Shown piece by piece: positions 19,868-32,682 of a DNA stretch of 33,548 bases. The notes beneath the pieces were generated by a model. The model saw nothing but the letters and a program-made list of their open reading frames with translations, had not been told where the DNA came from and searched no databases. Source of the DNA: Macrostomum lignano (Eukaryota). The DNA lies in NCBI GenBank assembly GCA_002269645.1, contig NIVC01002268.1, positions 1 to 33,548 on the forward strand, read 5' to 3'. Position numbers and translations under genes: made by a program. Position 1 is the first letter of the stretch. The number at the start of each line of letters is the position of its first letter.

Positions 19868-22800
19868 ATGAGTTTTATGCGCAGCCAGCAGTCAAACAAC
19901 ACAAGCCTGTACACCCTGCTGCAGTCCCGTCGAGCTCCAGCGCACTCTATTGGCAGCCAAACCGCCATAACGCCAGGCAAATCCCAGGATCGCATCACCC
20001 GGCACGCGCAGGCCAATCATTATCTACCAACCGATGCCCCAGTGTCCTTCCTTGATAGTCGTAGCAGTCCGGCCAGGCCGAAACCTTCCAGTAAGCCGAA
20101 TTCGTTGAAAGCGGCCAACAATCTGGCCGTGTCGGCCGCCTCGCTCGACCAGCCGTCCGTAGCAGCAGCGTCCGGTCCGGCCGCCGAGTCCTCTTTAGGC
20201 AGCTTGGAGCTGCTGAGCTCCCGCCTGCAGACCATGATGGCAGAGAGACGCGACGAGCTCAACAAGGAGGCGGCCTACCTGCTCAAATGCCAGGTGGCAG
20301 CGCCTGGCAGCGCCGACGTCAATAGCGAGGACGCTCCGGCGCCGCCTCCGCGTCGACAAAGCGCCGCAGCGCACAATCAGAAAAGGCAAGAACAGAAATC
20401 TGACAGCTCGCGTCTAAGCCGAAGCCGATCAGCCGATGACACTTTGAATCTGTCCGACGATATTGACGTTGAATTAAACGAGAGCGTCTCCAACGATTGT
20501 GTACTTGATGAAGGCGCAAGACCGTCCGGCAGCCTGGCGCCAATCAGGTCGGCAAAGCAGCCTAGCAGCGTTGGCGAATCCAGCGGCGGCAAAAGAGGAA
20601 CATTCGGCTTCCTCAGCCGGTTCAGATCCGGCCAGCAGCAGCAGCACCGTCAAGACGGCTCCTCCGGCGCCGCCGCCGCCACCGCCACCGCTTCTCCGAA
20701 AAAGTCGCACAGTTCGCGCTTCCCCAGCTTCAGAAAACTGTTGCGAATGCCTAAAAAGATCAAACGATCGCCGCTTGATGAGAATAAATTTCAGTCGACG
20801 GATTCGAAGAATGAGGCGGCGACTGTTGTGCCCGATGGAAATGGAGGTTAGTCATCTGGGAGGGGGCTGTCGTTTCGTATTCTTTGAATTTCATACCGGT
20901 ATTCCTAAGATTTTAATTATTTAATCTCTGAACTCCCAATGCCCACCTGAAAGACTGAGATTAGTATCCCAATGCTCACCTCAAAGGACCACTTTTAGAA
21001 TTCCAATGTCCACTCCGAAGGCCAGGATTAGAATCCCAATGTCCACCTCGAAGGACCAGGATTAGAATCCCAATGTCCACCTCGAAGGACCAGGATTAGA
21101 ATCCCAATGTCCACCTCGAAGGACCAGGATTAGAATCCCAATGTCCACCCCGAAGGACCAGGATTAGAATTCCAATGTCCACCCCGAAGGCCAGGATTAG
21201 AATTCCAATGTCCACCCCGAAGGACCAGGATTAGAATCCTAATGTCCACTCCGAAGGCCAGGATTAGAATTCCAATGTCCACTCCGAAGGCCAGGATTAG
21301 AATCCCAATGTCCACCTCGAAGGACCAGGATTAGAATCCCAATGTCCACCCCGAAGGACCAGGATTAGAATTCCAATGTCCACCCCGAAGGCCAGGATTA
21401 GAATCCCAACAATGTCCACCCCGAAGGCCAGGATTAGAATTCCAATGTCCACCCCGAAGGACCAGGATTAGAATTCCAATGTTTTAGTCGCACGACTGAA
21501 GGTCTGCTGGCTGCAATTTGATACACACAGAGATGCATTGTTTTCACCTCGCACAGGTTTCACTACATTTGCTTAGTCAGTGGAACTTCCGTTAAGCTCT
21601 CTCGCTCTCTCTCTCTCTCAGCCGCGGCTTGTGTAACAAAATTTTACTTTGGGTATCCATCGAAACTAGTTCCAACCAACCATATAAATGGAAAGTGGTT
21701 GATCTGATTCGCAAAATTGTCGCCTTACATGTATGCAGCTGCGGGGATGCACTTGGAAAGCTTCAATATGGCTTTATTGGCTGGTAAGAGTGTATAGACC
21801 AATAATCAAATAAAACTACTTAAATTATCGATACTTTTTTTAGAGAACTACAGAACTTCAACTAACTTGGACCAAATTCAGATTGCCGGAATAAAAGTTA
21901 ACAAAGTTGTTCATAACACGGACGCCATAAAAAAAGAACTAGAACTATTTTTTAAACCTTCACAAGCTGGTTGCCGATACAGAACAATTCAAGCAAACTA
22001 ATGCCTTTTGAAGGTCATTTCCTACCAATATTATTTTTATCTCTGTGCTGTAGCTGAGGAGAAACTCCGCGAAGCTTTTAATTAACCAAAAGAGACTGCA
22101 GATAATAGATTTTTTTCGATGGGCCGCGATTCAATGATGGAGAAGCTGCGATAAGATACTCGCACTGGGGTATAGAATAAGTCCAAGCCCTCATCGCGTA
22201 TTCCCGGCCAGTCAGGTTAATAATTAAGTCGATCAGGTCGGGAATGCCCCGTTCGCTGCAACAGCAGCAGCCACTGCCACAGAACTGCATTAGGTCATAG
22301 ACAATAAAGCCAATCAAAGCCACCACCACAGAGCTGCTCTCAGCCATAGATAATGAGGCCGATTAAAGCCGATGTCACAGAACTGCACTCGGCCATAGAC
22401 AATAAAGCCGATCAAAGCCACTGCTACAGAGCAGCTCTCGGCCATAGACAATAAAGCCAATCAAAGCCACCGCCACAGAGCTGCACTCGGCCATAGACAA
22501 TAAAGCCGATCAAAGCCACTGCTACAGAGCAGCTCTCGGCCATAGACAATAAAGCCAATCAAAGCCACTGCCACAGAACTGCACTCGGCCATAGAAAATA
22601 AAGCCAATCAAAGCCGCCACCACAGAGCTGCTCTCAGCCATAGATAATAAGGCCGATCAATGCCGCTGTCACAGAACTGCACTCGGCCATAGACAATAGC
22701 CAAAAAAAGCCACTGCCACAGAACTACACTCGGCCATAGACAATAAAGCCGATCAAAGCCACTGCTACAGAGCAGCTCTCGGCCATAGACAATAAAGCCA

Positions 22801-25800
22801 ATCAAAGCCACTGCTACAGAGCAGCTCTCGGCCATAGACAATAAAGCCAATCAAAGCCACTGCCACAGAACTGCACTCGGCCATAGACAATAAAGCCAAT
22901 CAAAGCCACTGCCACAGAACTGCACTCGGCCATAGACAATAAAGCCAATCAAAGCCACTGCTACAGAGCAGCTCTCGGCCATAGACAATAAAGCCAATCA
23001 AAGCCACTGCCACAGAACTGCACTCGGCCATAGAAAATAAAGCCAATCAAAGCCGCCACCACAGAGCTGCTCTCGGCCATAGACAATAAAGCCAATCAAA
23101 GCCACTGCCACAGAACTGCACTCGGCCATAGACAATAAAGCCAATCAAAGCCACTGCCACAGAACTGCACTCGGCCATAGACAATAAAGCCAATCAAAGC
23201 CACTGCCACAGAACTGCACTCGGCCATAGACAATAAAGCCAATCAAAGCCACTGCCACAGAACTGCACTCGGCCATAGACAATAAAGCCAATCAAAGCCA
23301 CTGCTACAGAGCAGCTCTCGGCCATAGACAATAAAGCCAATCAAAGCCACTGCCACAGAACTGCACTCGGCCATAGAAAATAAAGCCAATCAAAGCCGCC
23401 ACCACAGAGCTGCTCTCGGCCATAGACAATAAAGCCAATCAAAGCCACTGCCACAGAACTGCACTCGGCCATAGACAATAGAGCCCATCAAAGCCACTGC
23501 TACAGAACTGCATTCGGCCATAGACAAGTTTCGGTAAATGCCCAATCGGGCGGATAATTTCATTAGAAATCAATTTAGGATTCTCTACTTGATTTTTTCT
23601 TCTAATGAGAGACAATAGCTTTCAAGAATTTGCTTGGCTTGCAGGTCTGATCAGCTTGGTTGGCTTTATTGTTTTTAGTCAAGTCACAAGCACGCGACTT
23701 ACATAGGACAGGAAAACTCGTTTAACTATATCTTTGTGGATATAAATAGAAGGCTTGAACTTTTATTTGTAAACAAGATGCATAGCCATATTCTTAAATC
23801 ATATTTGTTTAAATTGATTTGAAGGGACCATATTACTTTAAATGCATTATTTTATCAAGAGAAGGGCCTTTAATTTAAGAGATTTTCTGGTCTACAAGAC
23901 ATGCATGTTTCAATAAACTCGTAGTTTTTATGTCAAAAAAATCTGAAAGTTCCTGTCTTCGTAAGTATATTTTGGTGCTAAACCAGCCTCCAGTATGTTT
24001 TCTAAGAAACGTGGAACCGGTAGTTACTGCTGGAGCGAATGTGAATTCTCGACTCGATCGGTTTAATTATCAACTTGACTAAAATTACCAAGTCTAATTG
24101 CTTATTGTAGGGATAAAAATAGCATCGAGTTATCTAAATCTGACTGTTTCCATCCCGCAGCCGCTGATGCAGCGCATAGCAACGGCCTACCAGACACAGC
24201 AACGGCGGCTAAAGCTCCATCAGATTCGCCAGATGATTCTTCATCCGCTTACTTAACTGCCAGTATGACCAGTCCGGCTGCGGACTCTGGTGCAACAGTT
24301 CCGACTGCCAATGGAGTTGCCGATGGACCATTTGCTGGGACTGAGTCTAATAGTAGTAGTGCAAAGCCTGCTCTGCTCAGCCCCATTGTTACAGGTGAGG
24401 TATCAAAGTGAACTGTTAACGGTAAAAATACCAAGCCTATATAATTCGCCCGTAGAACTACCAAGTATGATGGCTACTACGGGCTGATTGCTTGAGAGTA
24501 GCTGAGGATGTCCAGCATATGAGGTGTCCGTTATCACCTAGTGCTATCTGTTGAAGGTCCAGAAGCTCCGCCTGGGTGAAGGCCAGTGACCAAAGAAGTC
24601 AGAGCTGATGCAGACACATGCGGTCAATGTGCTGATGAAATTTGGAGGCTTGGCAAGGCACTTGGAAAACACTGGCGCTTATCGGAAAAATCCGACCTGT
24701 TGGCAGAATTGTCGAATATCTCGACGGTCCAAAAGGCTAGCAGCGACTTTATTCTTGTTACGCTCAGACAGGGTGTACAGCGTCCCTGATTTTGTCATCG
24801 TCGGTGCATGTACACTCTGCGTCTTGGGGGGGGGTCTCAATCGCCAGAAAAGCTTTCAAGGCCAATTTTGGTGTCTATTGGCTAGCTGACAAATTTAAAA
24901 AAAAGTTCTTATTTAAAAATTGATACTTCTTGCTTAACAAATTTCTCTATTCTTATCTCAGCAATAATAAACTGGTTACATGCTCGTATTTTTACTGCCA
25001 AGTCTAGTGTAATGCAATCGCAATGGCGTGTTATCAAAATTTGCGCAGTATTAATTATAACGGATGCTATTTATATTAAGGAATGATTGTGTGGCAAATC
25101 ATATATAGTCCTTAGCTTTATCAAGCTGGCTTCTATATAATATTTAATATGCATACATTTTTCTAGCTTCTTGCCTGTCTGTTTCTTTAATAGTGACAAT
25201 ACCAAATTGTTTACTTCAGTTACCATGGCTACAGCCGATGGCAAAGCTTTGCACAGTGAAAATCTGCCTAACAAACTGCTGACAACTTCAATTGATAGCA
25301 ACGGCAACGCTGACGAGCCCAATGTTGTTAATGATGCTGCTAAGGAGCCTGGGAAAGCTGAGGATTTGCCCACTGGTAAGCTGGTTGAATTAATAATAGT
25401 TTTATATTAATTGATAGGACCGGCTATATTGCACCGTTAATAAGATAGATTGATTGTTTGACTGGTAGAGACAGATAGGTAGAAAGAAAGTTACTATCTT
25501 AATGTAAATTAAGATACGTTTGACCAAAGATCATGTATACACAAGATGGGCCACTCATTAACCGCTTATGTGCCCATAGAAGCGTATGTGAAAAAACTTG
25601 AAAAAAAAACTACTGAACTCTATTTCACCAGTAGTTTCTGCAGTGCATGCATCATTCTTAGTTTGATTGAGTAGCTTCTTATTTGATTCATGGGAAGTTC
25701 TATCAAATTCTCAGAAAAAAATAGCGTCTATGTCCCTAAGCTACTGAACTCTATTTCACCAGTAGTTTCTGCAGTGCATGCATCATTGTTAGTTTGATTG

Positions 25801-28625
25801 AGTAGCTTCTTATTTGATTCATGTGAAGTTCTATCAAATTCTCAGAAAAAAATAGCGTCTATGTCCCTAAGCTACTGAACTCAAAATTTAAGCAACCCAT
25901 GTCCAAGTATGAAAAATCAAATTTTGAGTTAGGACTCGCTTGCATTTATTATAACAGCATTACTATAAGACTTTTCTTGACAAAAACTACTAAAATTCGC
26001 AGTACAAGTGTCCACCGAGGCACCGATACCGCCGCCACCGGAGCCGGCAACTAGCGAAATTGTTGAAGTTCCCGCACCCGAAGCCGCTGACGTCCCAGTG
26101 ACTCTTCGCGGCAATCGCAGCGGCGGCTCGCCTAGCGGCGTCAAAGTGACAGCAATGCCGGCGGCAGGGGCTGCTCAGCAGCAGCAACTGTTGCTGCCTC
26201 TACCCGTTGGCACGTCAACGCCAACTCGGGGCTCGCCAGGCAGAGGCCGACTAGGCTACAATAGGAGAAAGGTATAACTATTATGCAATGTCAATACAAT
26301 GGACAGGTATTTCAACAGAGATAGAAAAAAGGTTGTGGGCAGCATAGATAATGGGCAATGTTTAATACATCTATGTTTATTTATATCAATATCGTATGCG
26401 AATGGCATAGTGCTGAGTCATGGACAGGGAGCGCTTGGTAACATAGAGCTTGCCAGCTACAGAAGGGGTGCCATTTACAGAAAGGGCGCCAGCTACAGAA
26501 GGGGCGCCAGATACAGAGAGGGCGCCGATGCAGAGAGGGCGCCAGCTACAGAAGGGGCGCCAGACACAAAAAGAGCGCCAGATACAGAGAGAGAGAGCGC
26601 CGATGCAGAGAGGGCGCCAGATACAGTAGGGGCGCCAGTTACAAATGGGGCGCCAGCTACAGAGGGGGGCACCAGCTACAGAGGGGCACTAGCTACAGAG
26701 GGGGCGCCAGCTACAGAGGGGGCGCCAGCTACAGAGGGGGGCACCAGCTACAGAGGGGGCACTAGCTACAGAGGGGGCGCCAGCTACAGAGGGGGCGCCA
26801 GCTACAGAGGGGGGCACCAGCTGCAGAGGGGGCACCAGCATCAGAGGGGGGCACCAGCTACAGAGGGGGCACCAGCTGCAGAGGGGGCACCAGCTACAGA
26901 GGGGGCACCAGCTGCAGAGGGGGCACCAGCTACAGAGGGGGCACCAGCTACAGAGGGGGCGCCAGCTACAGAGGGGGGCACCAGCTACAGAGGGGGCGCC
27001 AGCTACAAAGGAGTATCAGCTGCAGCAAAAAATTTTTATACATTAAAAACCGCCCCTCGGCCGCAGACTAAGAGCTGCACCGAATGCGACGTGCCTGTCA
27101 GCTCCGGCGGGGTCGACAGTTCAGCAGCCGAAGCGTCCGATTTGGTCGCCGCCGTCGTGTCAGCCTCCGCATCCGCCGATGCCGCTGGGGTCAGCGCGGC
27201 CGCTCTACTCGCTGACGCCAAGGCGCGGGAGCGCTCCTCTCTAATAATGATTAGCGCGGCGATGCGCGGCGCCGCCATCCTGGCCGCCGGCATGACCCGG
27301 TCGCTTAACTTCGACGCTTTGCACGCCGCCGAACTCGACGGCGAAGATGCCGACGCCGATGCCGCCGAGCAGCAGTCGGACGGCGACGGTGAAAAATGCG
27401 CCGGCCGCTACTTTTTAATGCTTGCCGACCGGGAGGAGAAGAAGATTCGGACCGAGACAGACTGGATTGAAGCCGCTCTGGCCGACCGGCCGGACTTGTC
27501 CGAAGAGGGTCAGTTCCGTACCTGTCTGATCTGCATATCTATCTTATCTATCTATCTATCCGTATCTAGTCTAGTATCTAGTCTAGCCCGTCTATCTTCG
27601 TATCTAGTCCATATATCTCATTTAGTCCATCTATCTCAGTGTCTAGCCCATCTATCTTAGTGTCTAGCCCATCTATCTCCGGGTCTAGCCCATCTATCTC
27701 CGTATCTAGTCCATCTATCTCAGTTTCTAGCCCATCTATCTCAGTTTCTAGCCCATCTATCTCAGTTTCTAGCCCATCTATCTCAGTTTCTAGCCCATCT
27801 ATCTCCGTATCTAGTCCATCTATCTCAGTTTCTAGCCCATCTATCTCAGTTTCTAGACCATCTATCTCAGTTTCTAGCCCATCTATCTCAGTTTCTAGCC
27901 CATCTATCTCAGTTTCTAGCCCATCTATCTCCGTATCTAGTCCATCTATCTCAGTTTCTAGCCCATCTATCTCAGTTTCTAGACCATCTATCTCCGGGTC
28001 TAGCCCATCTATCTCCGTATCTAGCCCATCTATCTCAGTTTCTAGACCATCTATCTCCGGGTCTAGCCCATCTTTAATCCGTGTCGATGCTCAACAAGCA
28101 CAACAGCTAGTGCTCAACACGTATAAACTTTCAGTCGCCGGAATATTTCGCGTGGCCGTCGGCAAGGCGAAGCTGTTCCTAGCAGAGAAGCTGGCCCAGT
28201 TCCGCGGCCTGTGCGAGGACAACCTCTCTGGCGGGGTCACCCAGTACTGCGACTTGAACGGCTTTTGGGCCATCTGCGGCCTACAGATTGACGATCTGAA
28301 TAACAAGCTGCTGCAACAGTGCCGAACTATTCGCGACGCTGGATTTGTTGTCATAGCAACCAGCTCGAAGGCTTCGGCGGCGTCCGGCTCGCCGGAGCAG
28401 CAGGCCTCGACGGCGCCAACAACGAAGGCAGCCGCGAGACGGCCGACCGCGGCAAAGAAAGCGACAACTTCCTCCGCGACGGCAAAGTCGGGAGGCGGCG
28501 GCGGCGGCGAAGGCGATCGGCAGCGCCGGGAGCGGCTGGCGGAGATGAAGCGCCAGGCTCGCAAGAAGATGCTGGCAGCCTCGGCCGGTGCGGCTGACAA
28601 CGGAGACGATGTGATTTTCATGTGA
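19868..28625 (+). CDS. DLGAP: DLGAP/SAPAP/GKAP-family protein (Mars/Vulcan/HURP-like), 6 exons, 856 aa
   Basis: Exons 19868-20846, 24161-24394, 25220-25375, 26003-26271, 27067-27508 and 28135-28625 have canonical GT-AG sites and matching phases (total 2571 nt, no frameshift). The last two exons join into AGRYFLMLADREE...LSEE|VAGIFRVAVGKAKLFLAEKLAQFRGLCEDNL...DLNGFWAICGLQIDDL, the GH1 signature (compare LSEEVLGK..SAVGSAQLL..QKFQQFRGLCE.N...DLAGFWD.LQL.IED), followed by RERLAEMKRQA. The start and any additional small exons are less certain. Confidence 0.88.
20955..21482. repeat. Intronic minisatellite, 33-34 bp unit, ~15 copies
   Basis: gattagaatcccaatgtccacctcgaaggaccag at 21026, 21060 and onward. 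Confidence 0.95.
21596..21619. repeat. (CT)n microsatellite
   Basis: ctctctcgctctctctctctctc. Confidence 0.8.
22270..23526. repeat. Intronic satellite, 49 bp unit, ~25 copies
   Basis: ggccatagacaataaagccaatcaaagccactgccacagaactgcactc with period 49 (e.g. 23173 and 23222); three recurring sub-variants. Confidence 0.97.
25610..25882. repeat. Recent 131-bp tandem duplication (2 copies plus 11 bp)
   Basis: ctactgaactc at 25610, 25741 and 25872; the copies differ at about 2 positions. Confidence 0.93.
26450..27010. repeat. GC-rich intronic minisatellite, ~18 bp unit (gcaccagctacagagggg)
   Basis: Visible periodicity with variable G-run length; it produces the GAPATE and GASYRG peptides in the ORF track. 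Confidence 0.93.
27540..28075. repeat. Intronic minisatellite, 21 bp unit (ctagcccatctatctcagttt), ~25 copies
   Basis: 21-bp period inside intron 27509-28134; it produces the spurious SSPSISV repeat ORF. Confidence 0.95.
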
Positions 28626-28853
28626 AGCTGTGCCTGGCAGATCATCACTGACTCTAGCCAATGGCAGTCGTCAAGTATTAAATTCAAAATAATGTCGAAT
28701 TTGTCAGCTACACAATTTTTGTAAAAATTATTTTTCTCTTGTTTAAAAAACACACGCTCGGTTTTAAGGTCAATGAAGTTGGACGTTATTTTAGTCCTCC
28801 TATGCAATGTCTGTGCAAGTGATTCCACTTTAGCTAACATAAGAATATAGCCT

Positions 28854-28859
28854 AATAAA
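28854..28859 (+). promoter_or_regulatory. Candidate polyadenylation signal of the DLGAP gene
   Basis: AATAAA about 230 nt after the stop codon. Confidence 0.35.
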
Positions 28860-29332
28860 TAGCAAACATGGGCTTTTTAGATAGACTTTAGATAGAATTA
28901 ATTAATGATTCATTATGGATTAGAGCAATATAAGTGAGTCATATTGCTATGCAGTTGCACCAGGGTATCACAACCAATTAGCAAAGCATTAGTAATGAGA
29001 AACACATGATTGCTTTTTTATCGTGCTTCGCCTGAGTATTAGCCTCCACCCTTTCCGCTTTCTCAGTCGGGTTAACCTCGACTTAATCTATTTATCTACA
29101 GTCTTATTATATCTGCGTGCCATGCGGCCTTTTTTCTGTTTATTTATTTTCAATTTCAAACACAAACTATCAGTTTTTGCACCCTGGACTTACAGCTTCT
29201 CTTTGACGGAGTGTTGGAAAAGTATTTTTTAAACTACTTACGTTCCCTTTTTCCTCAATGTTGAAGCACTGAGTACTGAGTTTTGCTTAAGTTTCTGTTC
29301 GTCATCTATCATCAGCATCTCCCTGTATTGTC

Positions 29333-30890
29333 TCTACCCCTCTCTCCCACTCTTACCCTCACTTTATCCCACACCCTCTCCCACTCTTACCCCTCACTTT
29401 ATCCCACACCCTCTCCCACTCTTACCCCTCACTTTATCCCACACCCTCTCCCACTCTTACCCCTCACTTTATCTCACACCCTCTCCCACTCTTACCCCTC
29501 ACTTTATCCCACACCCTCTCCCACTCTTACCCCTCACTTTATCCCACACCCTCTCCCACTCTTACCCCTCACTTTATCCCACACCCTCTCCCACTCTTAC
29601 CCCTCACTTTATCTCACACCCTCTCCCACTCTTACCCCTCACTTTATCTCACACCCTCTCCCACTCTTACCCCTCACTTTATCCCACACCCTCTCCCACT
29701 CTTACCCCTCACTTTATCTCACACCCTCTCCCACTCTTACCCCTCACTTTATCCCACACCCTCTCCCACTCTTACCCCTCACTTTATCTCACACCCTCTC
29801 CCACTCTTACCCTCACTTTATCTCACACCCTCTCCCACTCTTACCCCTCACTTTATCTCACACCCTCTCCCACTCTTACCCCTCACTTTATCTCACACCC
29901 TCTCCCACTCTTACCCCTCACTTTATCTCACACCCTCTCCCACTCTTACCCCTCACTTTATCTCACACCCTCTCCCACTCTTACCCCTCACTTTATCCCA
30001 CACCCTCTCCCACTCTTACCCCTCACTTTATCTCACACCCTTTCCCACTCTTACCCCTCACTTTATCCCACACCCTCTCCCACTCTTACCCCTTACTTTA
30101 TCTCACACCCTCTCCCACACTTACCCCTCACTTTATCTCACACCCTCTCCCACTCTTACCCCTCACTTTATCTCACACCCTCTCCAACACTTACCCCTCA
30201 CTTTATCTCACACCCTCTCCCACACTTACCCCTCACTTTATCTCACACCCTCTCCCACACTTACCCCTCACTTTATCTCACACCCTCTCTCTCTCTCTCT
30301 ATCTCTCTCCCACTCTTACCCCTCACTTTATCTCTCACCCTCTCCCACTCTTACCCCTCACTTTATCCCACACCCTCTCCCACTCTTACCCCTCACTTTA
30401 TCTCACACCCTCTCCCACACTTACCCCTCACTTTATCTCACACCCTCTCCCACACTTACCCCTCACTTTATCTCACACCCTCTCTCTCTCTCTCTATCTC
30501 TCTCCCACTCTTACCCCTCACTTTATCTCTCACCCTCTCCACTCTTACCCCTCACTTTATCTCACACCCTCTCCCACTCTTACCCCTCACTTTATCTCAT
30601 GCCCTCTCCCACTCTTACCCCTCAATTTATCTCACACACTCTCTCTCTCTATCTCTCTCCCACTCTTACCCCTCACTTTATCTCTCACCCTCTCCCACTC
30701 TTACCCCTCACTTTATCTCACACCCTCTCCCACTCTTACCCCTCACTTTATCTCACGCCCTCTCCCACTCTTACCCCTCAATTTATCTCACACACTCTCT
30801 CTCTCGATCTCTCTCCCACTCTTACCCCTCACTTTATCTCACACCCTCTCCCACTCTTACCCCTCAATTTATCTCACACCCTCTCTCTCT
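29333..30890. repeat. 35 bp pyrimidine-rich satellite (ccctctcccactcttacccctcactttatc(c/t)caca), ~40 copies with (CT)n inserts
   Basis: 35-bp period; the + strand is almost free of G. Confidence 0.97.
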
Positions 30891-31684
30891 GACCCACCGC
30901 TGCCATTACTCTGTTCCCCTATTCTTAAAATCAAGCAGCCAATCGATTCCTGTCTCTAAGCCATCTCTAAGCCACAGCTAGTGTACGGTACAGTCAGTCT
31001 AGCTCGATAGTCTTCCCTTAATTGTGTGTATTTTTTACCCATCTGGCGTGCTTCGTCATCAATATAAATATATCGATCGATCTGATAAGTAAATACCCGG
31101 CTGTATCACTGACACTTTGCTATAATTATATAATAATTTTTTGACCCCAGCCCTCTTGTCTGTCGTGGTGCTGCCGACTTTATATTTTCTACTTTACGCC
31201 AGCCCCGTGTGGGCGGTTCGCAGTTATTTATTTATTTATTTGCTTAACCTTTAGAGTCTCTTGCTGTTTAACTCACAATTTCCCGGACGGTATTTTTGTT
31301 ACTTAATTAGGATCGTAGTATAGTTAAAAACTTTTTTCCTAATTTTTATTATTCAACCTGATTGATCTCTCTTGCATCGGCAGGTGGAGTAGTGGCTGCC
31401 GCTGCGATTTTATGATAATTAATTGCTACATCATTTTGGTTATTTGTTTTATATAAAACAGCTGCACGCTCATGTCATGGACTCTGTATTGATTGACCTT
31501 TTACACAAGCTTTGTTTTTTTAATCTATTGTAAGTATTAGCAGTGCGGGTTTAGCTACTCAAATATTTATGCAGTCGGCTGTTTAAAGAATCTCGGCAGT
31601 TTTATTTTTACTTTGTCGGTAAGAAAGCAATAAAAAATTATCAAATGCTTCTGACTGTTTTCTTGTGAGTAGATACATTGCGTG

Positions 31685-32075
31685 CTGTTGCTATGTGGTC
31701 GCTATGTTGTTGCTACGTGGTCGCTATGTTGTTGCTAATGCTATGCTGTTGCTGTGGGGTCGCTATGTAGTTGCTATGCTGTTGCTAATGCTATGCTGTT
31801 GCTGTGGGGTCGCTATGTAGTTGCAATGCTGTTGCTATGTAGTTACTATGGGGTTGCTATGTAGTTGCAATGCTGTTGCTATGTGCTCGCTATGTTGTTG
31901 CTATTCTGTTGCTACTTGATCGCTATGTTGTTGCTAATGCTATGCCATTGCTATGTGGTAGCTATGTAGTTGCTATGTGGTCGCTTTGCCGTTGTTATGT
32001 TGCTATGCGGTTGCTATCTGGTCGCTATGTGGTTTCTATGATGTTATTATCGTTTCAAGACCAATCGTTGCTATG
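31685..32075. repeat. Degenerate simple repeat built on gttgctatg
   Basis: Numerous gttgctatg/gtcgctatg/gtagctatg copies. Confidence 0.85.
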
Positions 32076-32682
32076 CGGCTTAATAAATTTTTTTCTCGAT
32101 TAGCTAAAATATTTACCCACACAATAAATTACAATACAAGATATATTCAGTGTAAATCTTGCCGTTGTTTTATCAATAATTCTAGCCTTCCTTTAAATAT
32201 GCGATCAAGGAGCAGCCGTACTGAGCATGACAACTAAGTTTTAGTATTCAGCTTAGCCTTTCGCTTGCTGGGCTGTATTAACTGTATTCATAGCGAGCAG
32301 CGGTTTGGCTGCAGCCGATATCTGAGTATCTTGTTTGGGTTTGAAAGCAAAATGTGTTTGATTTAGCACCTCTATATCCTGCGCATTAGTGCCGTGTACT
32401 TCTGTAGACATTATACTTAATAGCTGATCCCACTGTTTCATATGCTTATTTGTTCGCTATAGTGTGTACGCTTCATAAGTGAAAGAATTTTTCTCTAACA
32501 AAAAATTACAATAAAACCTTGTACAATGCCTACTTTAGGCTTGTTTGACATGTTTGATCGCTCTTAAAAGTGCTGGCTTGCTTAGCCTATGTCGCTAAGC
32601 GTGTAAAAAGCTTTGGATATGTCTTAGTTCATTAGCATACTTGTTCATTAATAGATTTGACATGATGGGAGCGGCCCTACTG

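Noticed and set aside
22078-22347. 89-aa minus-strand ORF
   Set aside because: Starts inside the 49-bp satellite, lies antisense in a DLGAP intron, and has no recognisable motif or splice support.
24500-24889. Short ORFs possibly from a LINE remnant or extra DLGAP exon
   Set aside because: No clear reverse-transcriptase motif or phase-compatible splice sites, and the gene model is complete without it.
26299-27660. 453-aa ORF with GAPATE repeats
   Set aside because: The first ~255 aa are intronic, mostly the 18-bp minisatellite; only 27067-27508 is a true DLGAP exon.
27639-28134. SSPSISV repeat protein
   Set aside because: A 21-bp intronic minisatellite that happens to be in frame with the last DLGAP exon, which has its own acceptor at 28134.
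29283-30959. 558-aa ORF
   Set aside because: Translation of the 35-bp satellite; it stays open only because the G-free unit contains no stop codon in any frame.
32253-32441. 62-aa minus-strand ORF, possibly the last exon of a gene beyond the window
   Set aside because: Plausible composition but no domain match and only a weak acceptor; cannot be supported from this window.
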